A stretch of DNA of 16,047 nt, taken from positions 956,206-972,252 of the forward strand of contig NZ_BDUC01000003.1 of assembly GCF_002218085.1 (NCBI RefSeq), in the 5' to 3' direction. A program made the translations under genes and the position numbers. Positions within the stretch are counted from its first letter, which is position 1; every line of letters starts with the position of its first letter. The stretch comes from Tolypothrix sp. NIES-4075. GTDB taxonomy: Bacteria; Cyanobacteriota; Cyanobacteriia; Cyanobacteriales; Nostocaceae. This document shows positions 9,514 through 14,730 of this stretch, in pieces. The notes below the pieces were generated by a model. It saw only the letters and a list, made by a program, of their open reading frames with translations, made no database searches and was not told where the DNA came from.

Positions 9514-9627
9514 AATTTATTAGTAATTTAGTGATATGGATAAACTACAAGCTTGAGAGTATAAATTCCCAGCAACAATAATAATTACTACAATAAAAGC
9601 ACACATCTGACTTCTGGAGTGCTGACA

Positions 9628-10203
9628 GTGGGCTTATTTGATGATTTGAGTCGGTTTCTCGAAAACCGTTTAGAGGAATTTCTGCGAAATAATCCGCATT
9701 TAGAGTTAGAAGCGCTGTTAGAACAACTGCGCGAACAAGAGGGAGACACGTTAAAGTTGATTGCAGATTTACAAGTACAGGAAAAGCGATCGCAAGAAGA
9801 TATTCTCTCCACCGCTCAAGAAATCCAAAGATGGCATATCCGCGTTCAAAAAGCGCAATCCGCTAACAGACAGGATTTGGTCGCAGCAGCACAAGAACGA
9901 GAAGCAGCTTTGTTGCGCGAAGGAAATCAGCGCTGGGGACAAATGCAAGGCTTGAAAGAACGCATTACTCAATCTAAAGAATTACTGCGAAAAATACAAG
10001 TACGCCGTCAAGAAGTGCAAACCAAAGCTGCTGAAGCACAGACAGTCCGTACTAAAGCTCAAACTCAGCAGCGCTTTGAAACAAATGGTTGGTCGAATAA
10101 AGCTAGTAGTTACTCTAATACGTTTGACGACTTAGAAGAAAAGTTTTTGCGCTGGGAAACTCAAGATGAGTTGGAACAAATGAAACGGAATATGGGGAAA
10201 TAA
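9628..10203 (+). CDS. Coiled-coil protein resembling the cyanobacterial TIGR04376 family
   Basis: The N-terminus (M)GLFDDLSRFLENRLEEFLRNNPHLELEALLEQLREQE matches my recollection of this conserved cyanobacterial family. The rest is Q/E/R-rich coiled coil. Two in-frame GTG starts exist, at 9619 and 9628. GGAG at 9616-9619 favours 9628, but the start is uncertain. Confidence 0.7.
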   Translation: MGLFDDLSRFLENRLEEFLRNNPHLELEALLEQLREQEGDTLKLIADLQVQEKRSQEDILSTAQEIQRWHIRVQKAQSANRQDLVAAAQEREAALLREGNQRWGQMQGLKERITQSKELLRKIQVRRQEVQTKAAEAQTVRTKAQTQQRFETNGWSNKASSYSNTFDDLEEKFLRWETQDELEQMKRNMGK

Positions 10204-10321
10204 ATTGTGATGGGGAGGTGGAGGGGATGGGGATTATCGGATCGAGACTGAAGTTCTTAGTACAAAGATGTTTTATTATGGGTAATTAAACGGACATAAT
10301 ATTACTTATTAAGGCTTCTGA

Positions 10322-11890
10322 GTGGCTCGTACCCCCACATTAACTTTTGATCGCGGCACATTAATTTTACATCCACCAGCGCGGGGCAAAGGTTGGATGG
10401 ATTACGCTACGTGGGATGATAGAGTAGAAAAATTCCGCATTCCGGCGATTCAATATCGACTTTTAGTAGAAGCGCTACAAGCGGAAGAGACTAATTTTAT
10501 CGATGAAGCGAAGGCATTTCATCCGGTAGAGTTGGCTGCGAGTATGGAAATGGAACCCTATCCCCATCAAAGTGAGGCATTAGCAGCTTGGAAACTGGCA
10601 GGAAGACAGGGGGTAGTGGTGCTGCCCACAGCGGCTGGAAAGACTTATCTGGCGCAAATGGCGATGCAAGCAACACCGCGCACGACGCTGATTGTGGTGC
10701 CTACTTTAGATTTGATGCATCAGTGGTATGCACATTTGATGGCAGCGTTTCCTGATGCTGAGGTGGGGTTGTTGGGGGGTGGATCGCGAGATAAAACTCC
10801 GATACTGGTTGCGACTTACGACAGTGCGGCAATTCACGCAGAAAGTTTGGGGAACAAGTATGCTTTGGTGATTTTTGATGAGTGTCATCATTTGCCAACT
10901 GATTTTAATCGGGTGATTGCGGAATATGCGATCGCACCCTATCGACTCGGACTGTCTGCAACACCGGAACGCACTGATGGCAAACACGCTGATTTAAATA
11001 TCCTCATTGGTAAAGAAGTATATCGCAAACGCGCTGAAGATTTGGCGGGGAATGCGTTAGCAGAACATCAAGTTGTGCAAATTAAGGTGAAGCTATCGCA
11101 AGTTGAGCGAGAAAGATACAATCAATTAATTCAAACTCGCAATGATTTTTTGAAGCAATCAAAGATTTCTTTGGGTAGTTTGAAAGGTTGGCAAAACTTT
11201 GTGCAAATGAGTGCGCGATCGCCTGCTGGACGTCGAGCTATGTTAGCACACCGTCAAGCGAAAGAAATCGCTTTGGGTACAGATGGAAAGTTGCGAATTC
11301 TCACGAATTTACTTGCGGAACATTATCCAGAAAGAATTTTGATTTTTACGGCTGATAATGCGACTGTTTACAGGATTTCTCAAGAGTTGTTAATTCCGGC
11401 AATTACTCATCAAACTCCTGTGAAAGAACGCCATGAAATATTAACCAAATTTCGGGAGGGGGAGTATAAAAGTTTGGTTGCTTCTCATGTGTTGAATGAA
11501 GGTGTTGATGTGCCGGCGGCAAGTATTGCGATTATTTTATCGGGTACTGGTTCGGCGAGGGAATATATTCAACGTTTGGGGAGGGTTTTAAGGAAGGGTA
11601 ATATCGCAAATAAGCAGGCGATTTTGTATGAGGTGGTGGCTGAGGATACGAGTGAGGAGAATACTTCGGCAAGGAGGAGGGGGGAGAGGAGTAACGAACC
11701 GCCAAGGCGCCAAGAACGCCAAGAGAGGAAGGATAAGAGAGGGAATTTGCATGTTGTTTATGGAAGTGGTCAGAAAAGTGATTATAAGGCTGCTGAACAG
11801 ATGGAAATTAAGTATTCTGTTGAGAAGAAAGCTAAAACATCCAAGGAAAAGAATGTAGATTCAAAAGACTCATCAGAACCAATAAACTAA
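10322..11890 (+). CDS. XPB/Ssl2(ERCC3)-type SF2 DNA helicase with basic low-complexity C-terminal tail
   Basis: GTG start. N-terminal XPB-like damage-recognition-type domain (LTFDRGTLILHPP...WDDRVEKFRIPAIQY). Helicase motifs: I LPTAAGKT, II FDECHH, III SATPERTDGKH (equivalent to the XPB RED-motif position), V/VI VLNEGVDVP and QRLGRVLR. The last ~75 aa (RRRGERSNEPPRRQERQERKDKRG...) are a lineage-specific tail containing CGCCAAG-type short repeats. Confidence 0.88.
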   Translation: MARTPTLTFDRGTLILHPPARGKGWMDYATWDDRVEKFRIPAIQYRLLVEALQAEETNFIDEAKAFHPVELAASMEMEPYPHQSEALAAWKLAGRQGVVVLPTAAGKTYLAQMAMQATPRTTLIVVPTLDLMHQWYAHLMAAFPDAEVGLLGGGSRDKTPILVATYDSAAIHAESLGNKYALVIFDECHHLPTDFNRVIAEYAIAPYRLGLSATPERTDGKHADLNILIGKEVYRKRAEDLAGNALAEHQVVQIKVKLSQVERERYNQLIQTRNDFLKQSKISLGSLKGWQNFVQMSARSPAGRRAMLAHRQAKEIALGTDGKLRILTNLLAEHYPERILIFTADNATVYRISQELLIPAITHQTPVKERHEILTKFREGEYKSLVASHVLNEGVDVPAASIAIILSGTGSAREYIQRLGRVLRKGNIANKQAILYEVVAEDTSEENTSARRRGERSNEPPRRQERQERKDKRGNLHVVYGSGQKSDYKAAEQMEIKYSVEKKAKTSKEKNVDSKDSSEPIN

Positions 11891-11907
11891 TAACTAACCA
11901 CTATCCA

Positions 11908-11975
11908 TGTACAGACGCGATTAATCGCGTCTCTACTTCTAACTTTGTACAGACGCGATTAATCGCGTCTCTACT
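11908..11975. repeat. Two direct copies (period 38 nt) of a 30-nt palindromic small dispersed repeat
   Basis: TGTACAGACGCGATTAATCGCGTCTCTACT occurs at 11908-11937 and again, identical, at 11946-11975. Each contains the perfect 20-nt palindrome AGACGCGATTAATCGCGTCT. The pair lies in the 107-nt spacer between the helicase and nuclease genes. Confidence 0.9.
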
Positions 11976-11997
11976 AACCAACAACTAACAAATTCAA

Positions 11998-13212
11998 ATG
12001 TTACCAACAGATTTACTGATTCATCGTCAAAATGGGGAGGAGATAATTCCGAAGAGACTTAAGCTTGATAAGAATACTTTGGAGTTAGCTGTTGAGTTAA
12101 TTGATTGTTTTCGAGAAGCGGTAGGAAAGACGCAAGGTGTTCTTGAGCGTCAGTTGTTGGAGTTGGAGGGTGATTCTACTGATTATAAGGTGAAGCGGGG
12201 ATTGGCTTATATTTTAAAAGGCAGTTTTTGCACTTTTGAGGTGGTGAGTCCTTTGGAACCTCAAATGTTACGAGAAAGGGTGTTTGCTTTGTCTGCAATG
12301 TCTGTTTCTAGTCCGCAATCAACGCAGGCTACACTTAGCAAGATTGCTGATGAATTAAGTCATGAATTTGAGCGGGAAGTTTTACCGCAACAAGTTCATG
12401 ATGGGTTATATGCTGATTTAAGTGAAAATAAGATTTTTATTAGTTTTGATGCACCTACTCCTGAAGATTTGTTACATCGATATAATTTATCTCAAGTGCA
12501 GGGTGTGTTTTATCGGGCAAGTCAACTTACTTTAAATGCTCATCGTAATGTTCCGGGTGAATATAAGCTTTTGTTTCGCTATTTGAAGCTGTTTCAATTG
12601 ATGGCTTATATTGAGGGTGATGCTGACCACGGCTTTACAATTACGATTGATGGTCCGACGAGTTTGTTTAATCCTAGCACGCGATATGGTTTGGCGATCG
12701 CTAAACTTATTCCCGCTTTACTTCATGTCACCAGATGGAGTCTTTCTTCTATTCTCCAAACTCGCGATTTTTATACTAATAGTTGGAAAACTGGACGTTT
12801 CACTCTCAATTCTGAATGCGGTTTGGTGTCTCATTATCCACCTGGCAAGCCTTACGATAGTATGTTGGAAGCGTCTTTTGCTGATAAGTGGGATTCGTTA
12901 AAAAGTGATTGGGTGTTGGAGAGAGAAGTTGATTTAGTTCCGATTCCTGGTAGTGTGATGATTCCTGACTTTCGTTTGGTACATCCTGATGGACGCACGT
13001 TTTTATTAGAAATTGTCGGTTATTGGCGTCCAGAATATTTACAAAAGAAGTTTTCCCAAGTGCGACGTGCGGAACGTGATGACTTAATTTTGGCAATTTC
13101 TGAAAGATTAAATTTGGAAAAAGCGGGTGTGAAATTAAATGATGTCCCCGCTAGAATTATTTGGTTTAAAGATAAGTTATTGCCGAAGGCAGTATTAGCA
13201 GCGTTGGAGTAA
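11998..13212 (+). CDS. Bax1-like (DUF790 family) endonuclease, partner of XPB helicase
   Basis: 404 aa located directly downstream of the XPB-type helicase. The N-terminus (LPTDLLIHRQNGEEIIPKRLKLD) and overall layout match my recollection of DUF790/Bax1. The C-terminal region carries a PD-(D/E)xK-like signature (MIPDFRLVHPDGRTFLLEIVGYWRPEYLQKK). Confidence 0.8.
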   Translation: MLPTDLLIHRQNGEEIIPKRLKLDKNTLELAVELIDCFREAVGKTQGVLERQLLELEGDSTDYKVKRGLAYILKGSFCTFEVVSPLEPQMLRERVFALSAMSVSSPQSTQATLSKIADELSHEFEREVLPQQVHDGLYADLSENKIFISFDAPTPEDLLHRYNLSQVQGVFYRASQLTLNAHRNVPGEYKLLFRYLKLFQLMAYIEGDADHGFTITIDGPTSLFNPSTRYGLAIAKLIPALLHVTRWSLSSILQTRDFYTNSWKTGRFTLNSECGLVSHYPPGKPYDSMLEASFADKWDSLKSDWVLEREVDLVPIPGSVMIPDFRLVHPDGRTFLLEIVGYWRPEYLQKKFSQVRRAERDDLILAISERLNLEKAGVKLNDVPARIIWFKDKLLPKAVLAALE

Positions 13213-13216
13213 TTAT

Positions 13217-13459
13217 ATGAAAACTATTCAAACAATTGCCACGGTTACAGCAGATGGGAAAATTACCTTGCAGTTACCTGCTGATATTCCCCCAGGTGAA
13301 CATCAAGTGGTGGTGATAATTGATGAAAAGCCTTTGGTAGAGAAAGTACAGACGAAGGAAAAGCGAATGCCGCTGAACTTTCCGGTAGACAGTTACGGTT
13401 CTTTTCCTGAAAATCTTTCTTTGAGACGTGAGGATATGTATGATGACTGGGGACGCTAA
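13217..13459 (+). CDS. VapB-like antitoxin, copy 1 (its cognate PIN gene is truncated)
   Basis: 80 aa starting 4 nt after the nuclease stop. The N-terminal beta-rich putative DNA-binding segment (IATVTADGKITLQLPADIPPGEHQVVVIID) resembles AbrB/SpoVT-type antitoxins. It overlaps the start of a PIN reading frame. It is a paralog of 13577..13816. Confidence 0.65.
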   Translation: MKTIQTIATVTADGKITLQLPADIPPGEHQVVVIIDEKPLVEKVQTKEKRMPLNFPVDSYGSFPENLSLRREDMYDDWGR

Positions 13460-13580
13460 CTCTATTTTTCTGGACACAAATATCCTCGTTTATGCTAATG
13501 TTCCTGAATATCCTTTACACTTGGTTGCTATAAACGCAATTCAAAGTTATGAACAAAGCAGTATTGGAGTAATTATATGA
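13440..13580 (+). pseudogene. Truncated PIN-domain (vapC) remnant
   Basis: 46-codon ORF MMTGDANSIFLDTNILVYANVPEYPLHLVAINAIQSYEQSSIGVII*, below the ORF-track size cut-off. Its first ~37 aa parallel the intact PIN protein at 13797 (MMTGDANSVFLDTNILVYASQTQFPFHQAAMQAIQSF). Homology stops at about 13549, where sequence resembling the nuclease 3' end begins. Confidence 0.75.
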
Positions 13581-13816
13581 AAGCTATTGAAACAATTGCG
13601 ACGGTAACAAGTGATGGGAAAATTACGTTGCAGTTATCGGCTGATATTCCCCCTGGTGAACATCAAGTGGTGGTGATAATTGATGAAAAATTGTCAGAAA
13701 AGGAAGTAATTAAGAAAAAGCGTCCTCCGTTGGATTTTCCTGTACATAATTGCGGTCTTATGCCCGAAAATCTTTCTTTAAGACGTGAGGATATGTATGA
13801 TGACTGGGGACGCTAA
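13577..13816 (+). CDS. VapB-like antitoxin, copy 2
   Basis: 79 aa, paralog of copy 1. It overlaps the downstream PIN gene by 20 nt, which is typical type II TA coupling. Confidence 0.7.
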   Translation: MKAIETIATVTSDGKITLQLSADIPPGEHQVVVIIDEKLSEKEVIKKKRPPLDFPVHNCGLMPENLSLRREDMYDDWGR

Positions 13817-14249
13817 CTCTGTTTTTCTGGACACAAATATTTTGGTATATGCTAGTCAAACTCAATTTCCGTTTCACCAAGCTGCTATGCAGGCTATCCA
13901 AAGTTTTTATGATGCGGGGGCTGAGTTGTGGATTAGCCGACAAGTATTGCGCGAATATCTAGCTACTCTCACTCGTCCTCAACAATTTACCGAGCCAATG
14001 CCGATTGAAATATTGGTTCAGGATGTCCGCTATTTCCAAAATCGCTTTCGAGTAGCTGAAGATAATTTGCTGGTAACAGAAAGACTTTTATCTTTAATGT
14101 CAGAAATTCCCAGTGGTGGCAGGCAAGTACATGATGCTAATATCGTCGCCACGATGTTAGTTTACCATATTCCGCAGTTATTAACTCACAACACTGGAGA
14201 TTTTGCCAGATTTTCTACATTAATTACTGTATCGCCATTGCAAGCGTAG
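13797..14249 (+). CDS. vapC: PIN-domain ribonuclease toxin VapC
   Basis: PIN acidic signature in order: FLDTNILVYA (Asp), SRQVLREYL (Glu), VHDANIVATM (Asp), THNTGDF. ATG codons at 13797/13800 are preferred over the upstream GTG at 13785 listed in the track. Confidence 0.85.
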   Translation: MMTGDANSVFLDTNILVYASQTQFPFHQAAMQAIQSFYDAGAELWISRQVLREYLATLTRPQQFTEPMPIEILVQDVRYFQNRFRVAEDNLLVTERLLSLMSEIPSGGRQVHDANIVATMLVYHIPQLLTHNTGDFARFSTLITVSPLQA

Positions 14250-14251
14250 TC

Positions 14252-14284
14252 AGAACCGCGACTTTTTGAAGAAATCGGGGTTCT
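14252..14284 (+). terminator. Imperfect hairpin after vapC (possible terminator or dispersed palindrome)
   Basis: AGAACCGCGACTTTT (14252-14266) pairs with GAAATCGGGGTTCT (14271-14284), with two mismatches and one G-U wobble. It is followed by TGTTTCC, a weak U-tract. Confidence 0.35.
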
Positions 14285-14352
14285 TGTTTCCGAAATATAC
14301 TGAGATAAAGAGGTAGGTACAATAAAATATATTTGGGATTCTGGGTTAATTT

Positions 14353-14730
14353 ATGGAACCTGCTACACTAACAGCAGCTGCGATCGCTACTTTACTCATC
14401 ACCAAGGCTTTTGAAAAAACTGGTGAAATTATCGGCGAAAAGACTTGGCAGGAAGGCGAGAAGTTGCTAGAACTGCTCAAGGAAAAAGAACCCAGCACCG
14501 CAAATGATATACAATTAGCCCAGCAGCAAGCTCTAGATTACGGTCAAGCTCATTTAATTGGACAGCAAGTTGAGCAAGCTGCAAACAAACATCCGGAAAT
14601 TCGGCAAGCTGTCGCAACTGTGGCAAAGGAAGCCGAACCTAAATTAACAACATCTATTATTGAAAATTGGCAAGGTATCAACGTTAAAGGCGGAAATAAT
14701 ACTATTTCTGGCAATACCTTCAATTTTTGA
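14353..14730 (+). CDS. Small helical protein with hydrophobic N-terminal helix and N/G-rich C-terminal tail; putative effector-type N-terminal module of the downstream NLR-like protein
   Basis: 125-aa ORF. It has an N-terminal hydrophobic helix (MEPATLTAAAIATLLITKAF), then a charged helical region, then the tail IIENWQGINVKGGNNTISGNTFNF. It ends at TGA 14728-14730, which is in the same frame as the NB-ARC ORF that follows. Confidence 0.6.
   Translation: MEPATLTAAAIATLLITKAFEKTGEIIGEKTWQEGEKLLELLKEKEPSTANDIQLAQQQALDYGQAHLIGQQVEQAANKHPEIRQAVATVAKEAEPKLTTSIIENWQGINVKGGNNTISGNTFNF

Larger units (their letters stand above)
13204..13910. repeat. Tandem duplication (~360-nt unit) covering nuclease 3' end, vapB and vapC 5' end
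   Basis: The 19-mer TTGGAGTAATTATATGAAA occurs at 13204-13222 and 13564-13582. The two units are about 90% identical over the first ~113 nt of vapB. They are about 97% identical over ~75 nt spanning the vapB 3' end and vapC start, and strongly diverged in between. Confidence 0.85.

Noticed and set aside
9540-9618. Possible promoter (TATAAA-like -10 near 9569) for the coiled-coil protein gene, and a TACAAT near 14318 upstream of the NLR-like locus.
   Set aside because: These are isolated -10-like hexamers without a credible -35 at proper spacing. They are indistinguishable from background in AT-rich spacers.
14728-14730. TGA as a selenocysteine codon.
   Set aside because: I could not recognise a SECIS-like hairpin immediately downstream. 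The flanking sequence has no Cys or redox motif, and an NLR linker is not a plausible selenoprotein site. Pseudogene or leaky stop are more economical explanations.
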